Assembly (NCBI GenBank): GCA_002269645.1
Contig: NIVC01001779.1
Span: 174,310 to 238,309 of the forward strand
Direction of reading: 5' to 3'
Source: Macrostomum lignano
Lineage: Eukaryota
DNA: 64,000 bases
Position numbers and translations under genes: made by a program. Below are positions 1-11,398 of the stretch, in pieces. The first letter of the stretch is position 1. Each line of letters starts with the position of its first letter. The notes beneath the pieces were generated by a model. The model ran no database searches and was not told the origin of the DNA. It was given only the letters and a program-made list of their open reading frames with translations.

Positions 1-1124
1 GATACAAACTCAAATCCAATAGATACCAACTCAAATCCCATAGATACCAACTCAAATCTCATAGATCCCAACTTAAATCCCATAGATACCAACTCAAGTG
101 CCCTAGATACCAGCTCAAATCCAATAGATACAAACTCAAATCCAATAGATACCAACTCAAATCTCATAGATACCAACTCAAATCCCATAGATACCAACTC
201 AAATCCAATAGATCCCAACTAAAACCCCATAGATACCAACTAAAATGCCCCAGATACCAGCTCAAATCCAATAGATACAAACTCAAATCCAATAGATACA
301 AACTCAAATCCAATAGATACCAACTCAAATCCCATATATACTAGCTCAAATCCCCAAGATTCTAACTCAAATCCCCTCGATACCAACTCAAATCCCCTGG
401 ATACCAACTCAAATCCCCTTGATACCAACTCAAATCCCCTAGATACCAACTCAAATCCCCTCAATACCAACTCAAATCCCCTAGATACCAACTCAAATCC
501 CCTCGATACCAACTCAAATCCCCTTGATACCAACTCAAATCCCCTCGATACCAACTCAAATCCCCTCGATACCAACTCAAATCCCCTAGATACCAACTCC
601 AATCCCCTCGATACCAACTCAAATCCCCTCGATACCAACTCAAATCCCCTCGATACCAACTCAAATCCCCTTGATACCAACTCAAATCCCCTCGATACCA
701 ACTCAAATCCCCTCGATACCAACTCAAATCCCCTTGATACCAACTCAAATCCCTTAGATACCAACTCAAATCCCCTCGATACCAACTCAAATCCCCTCGA
801 TACCAACTCAAATCCCCTCGATACCAACTCAAATCCCCTAGATACCAACTCAAATCCCCTCGATACCAACTCAAATCCCCTCGATACCAACTCAAATCCC
901 CTCGATACCAACTCAAATCCCCTTGATACCAACTCAAATCCCCTCGATACCAACTCAAATCCCCTCGATACCAACTCAAATCCCCTTGATACCAACTCAA
1001 ATTCCCTAGATACCAACTCAAATCTCCTCGATACCAACTCAAATCCCCTCGATACCAACTCAAATCCCCTTGATACCAACTCAAATCCCCTTGATACCAA
1101 CTCAAATCCCCTAGATACCAACTC
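1..1124. repeat. 21-bp minisatellite array (GATACCAACTCAAATCCCCTC), inside endophilin-B intron 3; runs off the window start
   Basis: Unit read directly. ORFs 240..1136 and 461..1126 are its periodic translations (ELVSRGF / LSWYRGD). Confidence 0.95.
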
Positions 1125-1140
1125 ACAAACAGTCACTCAC

Positions 1141-1482
1141 CGCCTTCTTAGCGGGATCTTGCTTGGCTCGTTTAAGCCTGGCCTTGGCCGAGTCCAGATC
1201 CAGCCTGAGATTCTCCAGTGTCCGCCGCTCCCGCTGGATGGTTTTCATGTCCCCAGCCAGAAACTGACGCATCGGTCGCAGCATGGCGGCATTGGCGGCG
1301 AAGATGAAATCGCGTTCCAGTTGCGCCAGACGCTGCTCCGTTTGGCCAACTTTTACCAAGCTGTTGCCGTACTCGCTGCCCGGTCCCAACTCGTTGCCAG
1401 ACGTTAGCAGAGCGGTGCCCAGCTCCTCCAGGGGGGTGGGACGGTCGCGTTTGCCTCGTTCGAGTTTTTCGCACATCATGTC
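1141..1482 (-). CDS. SH3GLB1: Endophilin-B (N-BAR) coding exon 3; gene continues beyond position 1
   Basis: DMMCEKLERGK...GNELGPGSEYGNSLVKVG...LENLRLDLDSAKARLKRAK matches the endophilin-B BAR domain. Acceptor CCGCAG at 1483-1485, donor GTGAGT at 1140; 342 nt, phase 0/0. Confidence 0.9.
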
Positions 1483-2159
1483 CTGCGGATCGGGGGGGGG
1501 GGGAGTGTTAATATTAATAACTGCAGGAGAGCTGCGGTTGCTCGAGCAGACTTCGTCCTCCAGTTCCACCTTTGAGCGGAAGGTTCAAGGTAGAAATTTG
1601 AAAACGTCAAAAACTTGATATAACAAAAACTATGCACTAGTTTTCCACCTTGTAAAGGCACCCCTTTTGAGAGCTGCTCTGCCTATTCCGCTGACTCTCT
1701 GCCTGGCTGCTCTGCCTATTCCGCTGACTCTGTGCCTGGGGGGGGGGGGGGGGGTGGGTTGGCCCTCATGGCTGTAAATCGCACGACAAACCTCAACCGG
1801 TCAATTCCCAGATCATGCCAAATCAAGCTCCAGATGAATGTGGCCAGGGGTGCTTGTGTGATAGCTGGTCAGACGCTTTTACCACCCTGTCTATCCTTTA
1901 GTTAGTGTCTTATTGGCATTATTTGAAATGTTACAGGCTAAATCAGGGATTTTTCAAAGCCTCTCTATCCAGCCCTCGAGCGGATCCTTGAAAACTTCAC
2001 ATTAGCTCTCTTCTCTCCCCTCATATATTTTCTTTTGTCCCTTCTCTCTCTTATCTTCTATTCCCTTTACTTTCCTCTCTCATCAGGCCGACCTCTGGGC
2101 TAAAGCAAGACTAAAGCAAGCTAGTGTTGACATGTACAAATTCTGGTAAAGCAACTTGC

Positions 2160-2315
2160 CTCAACTCGATGAGCCGGATTCGGTTCGAGCACAGCCTCCG
2201 TGCTGGCCACAATTCGTTCCGTCCAGTTTTGAGCCTGGTCGGCTGCATTAAGCAGATTCTCAAAGTCCGCATCGTACTCAGTTCGCTCCGCTTGGCCCAG
2301 CTTCTCTTCCGTGAA
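2160..2315 (-). CDS. SH3GLB1: Endophilin-B coding exon 2
   Basis: Encodes FTEEKLGQAERTEYDADFENLL...LEPNPAHRVE (human FTEEKLGQAEKTELDAHLENLL...QPNPNARIE). CAG acceptor at 2316-2318; GC donor AG|GCAAGT at 2159. Confidence 0.9.
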
Positions 2316-2943
2316 CTGGATCCAGGATGTTTTATTTGCAGAAAAAGAATGAGAGTAAGTTTTTTACACCAGTTTCTAGACATTTTTCAGTTTGTTCTAT
2401 ATTCTATTTTGCTCCACAGAATACCCACCCTATTCTTCCTAGGGAAGTGCTTAAAACTTATTTTTTAGATTTTTATTTCCTAGGAGCTAACAGCATGTTC
2501 AGTTTTACATCATAAAATTTTCTAAAATTAATACAATGTTGTTCATTAAAATGTATGAATTAAAAAGCTATGAAATAATTTTATGGATCAAATAATTTTT
2601 ACCCATAAACCGAAGCAATTAAAATTCAAAATTTATTGTTGCTACTGGTAAAATAGTCTTCTAAACCTTTTTGAATGCAAAGGCCAAAGAGCATTTCTAA
2701 AGCTGAAAAAAATTCACACCATCATGCTATTGATTATATACATGTAAATTATTTTTACCCATTCTGTGTTGAAGTAGATTTTATTTCCCCATAAATTCAT
2801 GTGCGTCTAAATATAATATACTTTATTGCGCTTTACCTAAATTATATAGAATTATATATTGCAGGCATGAAAAATAAAATATTCGACGTAGTGACAATTT
2901 AAGCTTAGCGACCAAGTTGAAACTAAAACTAAGGAGTACCAAC

Positions 2944-3000
2944 CTGAACAGCACGGTTGAAAGAAGCGCTAATGTCCTCAGTAAACTTCTTAAAGTTCAT
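2944..3000 (-). CDS. SH3GLB1: Endophilin-B coding exon 1 (start)
   Basis: ATG at 3000 gives MNFKKFTEDISASFNRAVQ, the endophilin-B N-terminal amphipathic helix ending RAVQ; GT donor at 2943. Confidence 0.88.
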
Positions 3001-3917
3001 TTTAATTTTCGCGGACGTTAATTCGAAATAAAGAAGTATATACGAGGGTATCACAAAACAGTTTGAATTCGGAACGAACACTCAACACAGAGAGAAAGAG
3101 AACAAGTTGTTTAGAGTTCTCCTTATAAAGATCGTTCTTTTTTCAAATTTCCTTTCAGTTAGTTAACGTGCTGGGTGACGATGAATTTCGAAGTTCGAAG
3201 GGCAGTTGACTGAAAGAAACGAGTGTGTGTGCGAATGCAAAATAAAATATATTAAGCCCGGGATAAAATGATTTTTCGCTTTGAATTTGTATAATTAAGT
3301 GTAAATAACATGATTTGAAAACTATCTGCTTTGAAACAAATGTTCAAATTTCTCTATTTTATAATGATATTATTCTTTCTTATTAATAATTAACCAGTCT
3401 TATTAAACGTCCTAGCTTTTTTATTTTGTTAAAACATGTTCAGTTAGCACGATAACTCAAATGTTCGTAGGTAATTGTTCCCATCAATTTTTTTCACTAA
3501 GTCAAGTTTCGTTGCTATAATCATAAACTTACGCTCTTTTATTTATGGAATACAAAATACGTTGCTATTTTTATGTATTAATTTAACTGCAAATACTTCC
3601 ATGACGTCAGTTAATGGCAGACCAACGTCATATCATATATAAAAATGTGTAATTCCATATCCAACAAATATTGCATAGCATACGAATGAATTCGAATAAA
3701 TTCGCATGATCAGATAAATTTACAAAACTAATAACCTTTTTATACAATTCATTTAAAATTATAACCATAAATAATCTTTAATGACATTCCAGTTTTCTGT
3801 TATTGCACAATTTATTGTACTGTCGGTACGAGCTGGAGCGTACCAATGTACATGTTAACGCTGTATGTACGTGTTTGACACAAGGACTACTCATGTTGTT
3901 CTTGGTTTGACATGTAC

Positions 3918-4421
3918 TACACCTTTTTGCGTTCCATTTCGATAAAACTGCATTCAATTTCGGCAAACTGGCTTTCATTTTCGGCATCAGCAACGGGCCG
4001 CACATCCAAACTGCATTCAATTTCGACAGCGCCAATCTAAAAAGGAGAATAAAGACAGAAGAGAGGGATTTCTTAAATTCTGCACAAGTACTGAATTTTG
4101 GAGTACATTTAAGGTGTAATTGAACACGTAAAAACCCGTGCACTCACCAGTAAGCAGAACGAACAAAAAGCGCATATCCAGAAACAATTACACAGTATGT
4201 ACATAGTATTTCGTGCACAAGTGATATGCATTCAACTACACCTTAACGCCGAATGCAATACTTGTGCGGACTCTACCTAAGTCCTAAGTCCTAGGTCCTC
4301 TTTTTGTCTTTATTCCCCTTTTAGATTGGCGATGCCAAAATTGAATGCAGTTTCCCGAATTTGAATATCAGTTTGTCTAAATAAAAACTCGACTTGCCGA
4401 AATGGAACGCAAAAAGGTGTA
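3918..4421. mobile_element. Non-autonomous DNA transposon (MITE), Tc1/mariner-like termini
   Basis: Perfect 24-bp inverted repeat TACACCTTTTTGCGTTCCATTTCG (3918-3941 / 4398-4421), including a terminal TA. A second imperfect inverted pair lies at ~4008-4068 / ~4297-4353. No transposase ORF. Confidence 0.65.
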
Positions 4422-5108
4422 CGAGTTACGGCTAAATATAAGGAAATTAAAAGTGTCCCAGAAGTTCATGCGTAACTTAGATTCATTAGAAAGATGTACT
4501 CGTAGTTGAAACGTAGTTCATGCGAATTTAAATGTGCATGGATCAAAGTAATTTAAGTGTGCTGATTTTTTTAGTCTCTACCGTTTTAAACTTATAAGTC
4601 TAGTAAATAATGAGTGTGGCTCTAAAAACACAAAATACACCAATGCACTTTTAAATTGCGAAGTCTCTATCAACCATGTAAGAGACAAGCGGTTAAAACC
4701 CTTAATTACAAAAGTAGCCTTCGAAGGGCTTTAGAACAAACATAAAAACTACATGTACGCAGTATAAACATGTAAGTGGGCTAGCATCAGCTGACGACAT
4801 TCGTCAGGTCCTACTCCCTGTCACACTAAGGTTCTGCTTTAATAATTCTAATAGAATCCAGCTTTCTGCAACACGTACGCTGCTTTAAATGTAAGTGCAA
4901 TCCAATGAATACTACTTTCTGGCGTCTCTTTCTAGCCATGCTAATTACAAAATTTCAAATTTGCGTACCTGTATGTAACAACAAAAATATTTACGCTCGT
5001 ATTGACATGTAAAGAAAATTTAGAGTTCGCGATTTATAACAGTCAATATACATGCACATAAAGTATTCCGCAATTCTTTTTTAAAAGTTGCACCACAAGT
5101 ACATGCGC

Positions 5109-6316
5109 TTAGTGCTGGCGCCCCTGGTGCTGGCGCCCCTGATGCTGGCGCTCCTGGTGCTGGCGCTCCTGGTGCTGGCGCACCTGGTGCTGGCGCCCCT
5201 GGTGCTGGCGCCCCTGGTGCTGGCGCCCCTGGTGCTGGCGCCCCTGGTGCTGGCGCCCCTGGTGCTGGCGCCCCTGGTGCTGGCGCCCCTGGTGCTGGCG
5301 CCCCTGGTGCTGGCGCCCCTGGTGCTGGCGCCCCTGGTGCTGGCGCCCCTGGTGCTGGCGCCCCTGGTGCTGGCGCCCCTGGTGCTGGCGCCCCTGGTGC
5401 TGGCGCCCCTGGTGCTGGCGCCCCTGGTGCTGGCGCCCCTGGTGCTGGCGCCCCTGGTGCTGGCGCCCCTGGTGCTGGCGCCCCTGGTGCTGGCGCCCCT
5501 GGTGCTGGCGCCCCTGGTGCTGGCGCCCCTGGTGCTGGCGCCCCTGGTGCTGGCGCCCCTGGTGCTGGCGCCCCTGGTGCTGGCGCCCCTGGTGCTGGCG
5601 CCCCTGGTGCTGGCGCCCCTGGTGCTGGCGCCCCTGGTGCTGGCGCCCCTGGTGCTGGCGCCCCTGGTGCTGGCGCCCCTGGTGCTGGCGCCCCTGGTGC
5701 TGGCGCCCCTGGTGCTGGCGCCCCTGGTGCTGGCGCCCCTGGTGCTGGCGCCCCTGGTGCTGGCGCCCCTGGTGCTGGCGCCCCTGGTGCTGGCGCCCCT
5801 GGTGCTGGCGCCCCTGGTGCTGGCGCCCCTGGTGCTGGCGCCCCTGGTGCTGGCGCCCCTGGTGCTGGCGCCCCTGGTGCTGGCGCCCCTGGTGCTGGCG
5901 CCCCTGGTGCTGGCGCCCCTGGTGCTGGCGCCCCTGGTGCTGGCGCCCCTGGTGCTGGCGCCCCTGGTGCTGGCGCCCCTGGTGCTGGCGCCCCTGGTGC
6001 TGGCGCCCCTGGTGCTGGCGCCCCTGGTGCTGGCGCCCCTGGTGCTGGCGCCCCTGGTGCTGGCGCCCCTGGTGCTGGCGCCCCTGGTGCTGGCGCCCCT
6101 GGTGCTGGCGCCCCTGGTGCTGGCGCCCCTGGTGCTGGCGCTCCTGGTGCTGGCGCACCTGGTGCTGGCGCACCTGGTGCTGGCGCCCCTGGTGCTGGCG
6201 CCCCTGGTGCTGGCGCCCCTGGTGCTAAAGCCCCTGGTGCTGGCGCCCCTGGTGCTGGCGCCCCTGGTGCTAAAGCCCCTGGTGCTAAAGCCCTTGGTGC
6301 TAAAGCCCCTGGTGCT
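5109..6316. repeat. 15-bp GC-rich minisatellite (CCCCTGGTGCTGGCG) with TAAAG variants at the right end
   Basis: Near-perfect array read directly. ORFs 5088..6344 and 5109..6173 are artefacts of a stop-free unit. Confidence 0.95.
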
Positions 6317-6471
6317 TACATGTAATCCTGGTGCTTACATGTAATCCTGGTGCTTACATTTAATCCTGGTGCTTACATGTAATCCTGGTGCTTACATGTA
6401 ATCCTGGTGCTTACATGTAATTCTGGTGCTTACATGTAATCCTGGTGCTTACATGTAATCCTGGTGCTTAC
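6310..6471. repeat. 19-bp minisatellite (CCTGGTGCTTACATGTAAT), about 8 copies
   Basis: Directly contiguous with the 15-mer array and shares CCTGGTGCT. Confidence 0.9.
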
Positions 6472-6884
6472 CTTGCACGTAAATATATTCTATGCTGTTT
6501 AATTAACAAAATTACAAAAACTAAATTTGGTTGCATGAAGATTCGACATTGAATGAGCCTTGTTGTGGCAAAGTTAATACTAATTATGAAATATTTTAAA
6601 GGCAACACGCAGTGCTTCTGCATTACACGATTGAGAAACCAGTTTTTGCAAAACATCAAGAGTGTGGGCCTTTAATATAAGGAATTGTACAGTAGTTTGT
6701 CTTGCAGCGCAAAAGTTTCCGTGGGAAACTTAGGCGAACGTTACATTGAATGAAACTTTAATGTTTCCAAAGCAAGCAGTACGAGCGTACGTTCGGAAGA
6801 ATACTTATAAAATGTTTTCATTGCTTCATATGATTGCATGGTAAACTGACAACCAATGGCTGATGACACCATTTGTTCCTAGAT

Positions 6885-7215
6885 CTGTCTTACTCTTCCA
6901 GCTCCTCTCTCCTCTCCTATCTCCTCTCTTGTCTCCTTTATCCTTTCCTCTCTCGTCTCTTCTCTCTCATCTCCTCTACTCTCCTCTCTCCTCTCCTGTC
7001 TCTTCTCCTCTACTCTCCTTTCCTTTCCTCTCCTCTCTTGTCTCATTTCTCCTCTCTTGTCTCCTTTCTCCTTTCCTCTCTCGTCTCTTCTCTCTCATCT
7101 CCTCTCTTCTCTCCTCTACTCTCCTCTATCCTTTCTTCTCTTGTCTCCTCTCTTCCTTCCTCTCTTCTCTCCTTTCTTCTTCCTTCTCACTCCTCTCTTC
7201 TCCTGAGTCTCTACA
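6885..7215. repeat. Degenerate polypyrimidine (CT-rich) low-complexity tract
   Basis: Almost exclusively C/T; gives the S/L-rich ORFs 6863..7285 and 6873..7322. Confidence 0.85.
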
Positions 7216-7867
7216 GTCTCTTGTATTCTACTCGAATCTCCTCTTTTCTTCCGCTTCAACTCCCATTCCGCTCGATCAAGACTGAAAGCAACACACTAAT
7301 ATTTGTTATAATTCAGCTTTAAAATGTTCCAAATTTTTCAATCGCTTCAAAAAGAATTGCCAACGCCGCGATTTTTATAGCTCGCAATAAATCCGAGCAT
7401 TAAAGCTGGCAGTGATTTACGACTTAGTCCACAAAAAAATGGCTATTTTTCATCTTATCTCTTCTCATACTGGGCCCGGCTTGACCTTCAATCTATATAG
7501 TTGAGGCTAGAATCTAGCGAATTGGGCCATTTACTACCCCGAGTATTTGCTCAACACTGTACAGTATAGCTAATGCTTCAGATAGCTAAACTAATGTTTG
7601 CACATTTGTGTACATGATCCATCCGGGATATCCATCAGGCTCAAGCTAGACTCCAGTCACTGTGTCTTAAGCTCAGTTGAGCAGTTCCCTGTTTGCGGCT
7701 ATTTTATGAATTGATTTATGATCCATCTATGCCATGCAGAGGGGCTTACAGATATGAAGCCAATGAGAGAAGAGTGGAGAGAGAGAGGAAGAAAGAGGAA
7801 TGGGGAAGGAGGAAAGACAGAAATACGAGCGTAGGGGAGACGAGGAGAGATTATAATAGAGAAAAGG

Positions 7868-8320
7868 TAAGAGATTAGATTAGAAGGAAAGGGATGAGAT
7901 GAGATTAGAAGGAAAGGGGTGAGATGAGATTAAAAAGAAAGGGGTGAGATGAGATTAGAAAGAAAGGGCTGAGATTAGATTAGAGAGAAAGGGGTGAGAT
8001 GAGATTAGAAAGAAAGGGCTGAGATAAGATTAGAGAGAAAGGGCTGAGATGAGATTAGAGAGAAAGGGGTGAGATGAGATTAGAATGAAAGGGGTGAGAT
8101 GAGATTAGAATGAAAGGGGTGAGATGAGATTAGAAAGAAAGGGGTGAGATGAAATTAGAAAGAAAGGGCTGAGATAAGATTAGAGAGAAAGGGGTGAAAT
8201 TAGATTAGAGAGAAAAGGGGTGAGATGAGGTTAAAATAAAAGGGGTCAGATGAGATTGGAGAAAAGGGGATGAGATGGGATTAGAAAGAAAAAGGGGTGA
8301 AATGAGATTAGAATGAAAGG
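7868..8320. repeat. ~25-bp purine-rich minisatellite (GAGATGAGATTAGAAAGAAAGGGGT)
   Basis: Unit read directly. Confidence 0.85.
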
Positions 8321-8800
8321 GTGAGAGGCCGAGAGGGACCAAACTTTACAACCCCAGGAAAACAGCTAAACTGCTACATGCATGGTAAGCATCCAATTTT
8401 AAAGCATGTGATGATACATGTACATGTACATGCACGAGCGTACGAGCTACATGTACATCTACCTCGAAAACTTGTGCAAAACAAGAAAGATGGCAAACAA
8501 GAAAGAAAGAAAATTAAGAAAAACTGATAAACTTCGCTTTTAGGGTCGCGCTTCTTAGAATTGCGATGCCAGAGTTACGTAACTGGTTCAGAAATCACAG
8601 AACAGTCTGTTTACGCAATATAGTCTCTTTTTACTAAGCAAATTTTAACGTTTGCTGCTGTGATTCGGTTTTGTTTGGAAATGTTTTAACATTTTCATTT
8701 TTTGATATTTTCACTGCATGCGTTTTTTCAAGTTTTTCTTGATTCCTCTTGCGGGAGCGCGTTGAAAACATTTTTGAAGATTGTTGAAAATGATTAAAAA

Positions 8801-8985
8801 TGATGTGGGGCGATTCTCTAAGATTGTGGGGCGATTTTCTAAGATTATGGGGCGATTCTCTAAAAGTGTCTTGGGGCGATTCTCTAAAAGTGTCTTGGGG
8901 CGATTCTCTAAGATTGCGGGCGATTCCCGAAGATTGTGGGCGATTCCCGAAGATTGTGGGCGATTCCCGAAGATTTTGGGGCGAT
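8801..8985. repeat. 21-22-bp minisatellite (GTGGGGCGATTCTCTAAGATT)
   Basis: About 8 diverged copies read directly. Confidence 0.85.
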
Positions 8986-10609
8986 CGTTGGTGAGTCTGT
9001 AATACTATCCAGAGAATGTTTTCGACATTTTCAAGTGCAATATTCTAAGAACGTTTATAGGGCCGTTATTCAAGAGGCCCTCTAGGCCCTCCATCAAAAT
9101 TTCGATGGTGATTGTTCAAGATATTAACAAAGGCGATCTAATTAAGTCGATGCAGGCGCTTAATGATTGTCAAGAGCATTTTAAGCTGTCAGGGATGTCA
9201 TAAAAAACAAAGGAAGTGCTACAAGTTTACTGATTTAATATTTAATAATGCTTTATACTTTCTTCTAGAAAGTAAATAATCTTTGCAGATATGCAGTTAG
9301 TAAATGAAGATAATTAATAATGTTCAATTCTCGTGAAGCCTGCAGCGAAGCAATAAGTAACAAAACAAAAACAAATATTACACAGATCCATCACTCAGTC
9401 AGTAGTTAGAAACAATTGCAAAATCCCATATCAATTAAGAGCAATAAATTACGAAGATAGCTGTTAGGTTAATTAGAAATTACTTATAAAAATACATTTA
9501 ATGAAGTGCAGCATGCCAATGATGGAATAAACACATTCTGTGGATACCATAATTAAATTTCTTCCAGATGAAAACGTCACAATAGTTTGTTGTCAAACAG
9601 ATGAACTGTGGTTGGTATATAAAAATTAGCATTAAAAATGGCTAATTGCGTAAGCTGATACGATGTTATTTTGTAAGACTGCTTTCAGACTAGATTTTTT
9701 TAGCATAAAACAAGCTTGTGTCGCTGACAATAATAACCAATGTACCCTAGTACTTTACCATAAATTTAGCAACAAAAAGACCACAAATGAAAAATTCATG
9801 CAAACGTAAAGACTCCAGAGTCTTCTATGGACAAAATAAATTTCTATAAACGTTTAGTTAGCTGTAAAGTGAGAATTAAAACAAACATTAAGGCCCAATG
9901 ACATTCGCAACTTTACACAAGAATATCAGCTGCAATGCTAAGGCAATTAATATAAATTTAACAAAACATCTGCCTGGATTATTAAACTACAACTTATAAT
10001 AAATCTTAGTATACTCAAATTTCCACAGCTCGAATCTTTGCTGATCGACGCACTATTTGACAGTGCGAAATCGTGTTAAAGGTAATAAAAAATAATTTAC
10101 GCTAGTAAGTTAATGATTGAAGCAGCTATTGATCCGAGTTAAAAAAATTGATATACATAAACGTTAACAAAGCCACAAAGATATTCCAGATAAAATATAT
10201 GCGATACGAAAGCAATATGAAACATTTGAATATGCACACATTAAACAAATATCAGCTTGTTATCTGATAATATCCAATGAAACAGTTTTCACCCAGAAAA
10301 ATAGACGTACAAGTTAAGAGGTTGATGAAATATATCGGTACAAAATGCCTAAAGCAGGATGGAAGGAAGAGAGGTACAAGACAGATAGATGCATGAGATT
10401 TGAGGGCGAGGGAAGAGCTTGGAAGTCAAGAGGTGAGATTAGGGCGAGGGGGTGAGACTAGAGGGCGAGTGATGATGTGATCGAATGTGGAACTCGGATT
10501 GAATGAGAATAGAAGAAGGAAAAAACCTTACGGGGCAAGTTGAAGCGATCTTGAATCTTGAAAACGCAGAATGAAGAGAGTGCAAATAAACATCCAATGC
10601 TTCCCTTCA

Positions 10610-10852
10610 CTAGGCTTGGTGATCTCGACTGCCCGTCAGACGATGAAACATTTGTTCGTTAATTTCCTGACTTCGGTCGGGCTTTCTCAGGCTGAGGAAC
10701 ACGTAGCCGCCGACCATTTCGGCCAGCGTTTTGCACACGGACAGCCGGGAGGCAAAGAATGGGCTGGGGACCAAAGTCATCTCGTGCGGCGGCCGGTTGA
10801 GGGTCAGACGGAAGCTCATTACCTCCCAGTTGACGGTCCAGGAGGCGAGTTC
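10610..10852 (-). CDS. FERMT2: Kindlin (fermitin family) exon 3, FERM F3 C-terminus and stop
   Basis: ELASWTVNWEV...EMVGGYVFLSLRKPDRSQEINEQMFHRLT corresponds to kindlin QWNVNWEIK...EFIGGYIFLSTR...DEEMFYKLT. CAG acceptor at 10853-10855; TAG at 10610-10612. Confidence 0.92.
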   Translation of the reverse strand, partial: ELASWTVNWEVMSFRLTLNRPPHEMTLVPSPFFASRLSVCKTLAEMVGGYVFLSLRKPDRSQEINEQMFHRLTGSRDHQA

Positions 10853-11007
10853 CTGGGTTGGAGTTGGAAACAAATTTAATGTGTTTGCTGATGATGATTA
10901 GGGCAACAAATATTTACAATAGAACTTGTTCCCGGTTACAGGTAACATAGTTAAAAGACGACAGATAGTTTCACGTAGCTAAAGCACCGGTTCCCGGCTT
11001 TTCTCAC

Positions 11008-11274
11008 CTGGTATCGCCAGGTATTGAGGATATCCCCGGTCTGCACGTCCAGCCGCATAATCCTGTTAAACGCTACGCCAAACAGGGCGTCGTGATTTTT
11101 GCGTCGCTCTTTACGAAACTCGCTAAACGTCATCGGCTTGGAGCGACTCTCCGTGTAATTAACAAGGAAATACGCCACCCCGTGCATTGGCAATCGTTGC
11201 CAGGTGCGAATGTACTCCAGCTTCGACTCGAGTAAATTTAGACTCCGTACGTTTGCGTGGCGCTCCAAAATGCC
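11008..11274 (-). CDS. FERMT2: Kindlin exon 2 (end of F2, start of F3)
   Basis: GILERHANVRSLNLLESKLEYIRTWQRLPMHG...GVAFNRIMRLDVQTGDILNTWRYQ. CAG acceptor, GTGAGA donor, 267 nt, phase 0/0. Confidence 0.92.
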
Positions 11275-11398
11275 CTGAGTACGAGGATTGAGCAAGCGAA
11301 ATTTGTATTTATGCACAAAGTACTTAATAATCAGATTATCAGACTACAACTCTACAACTTCTACAACTTCAGCAAAACAAAATATCCGAAGTATTTAC

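Noticed and set aside
5088-6344. Long ORFs from the 15-mer array, including a collagen/silk-like (GAPGA)n frame
   Set aside because: The unit is simply stop-free, shows no synonymous variation, and has no signal peptide or splice context; a satellite, not a gene.
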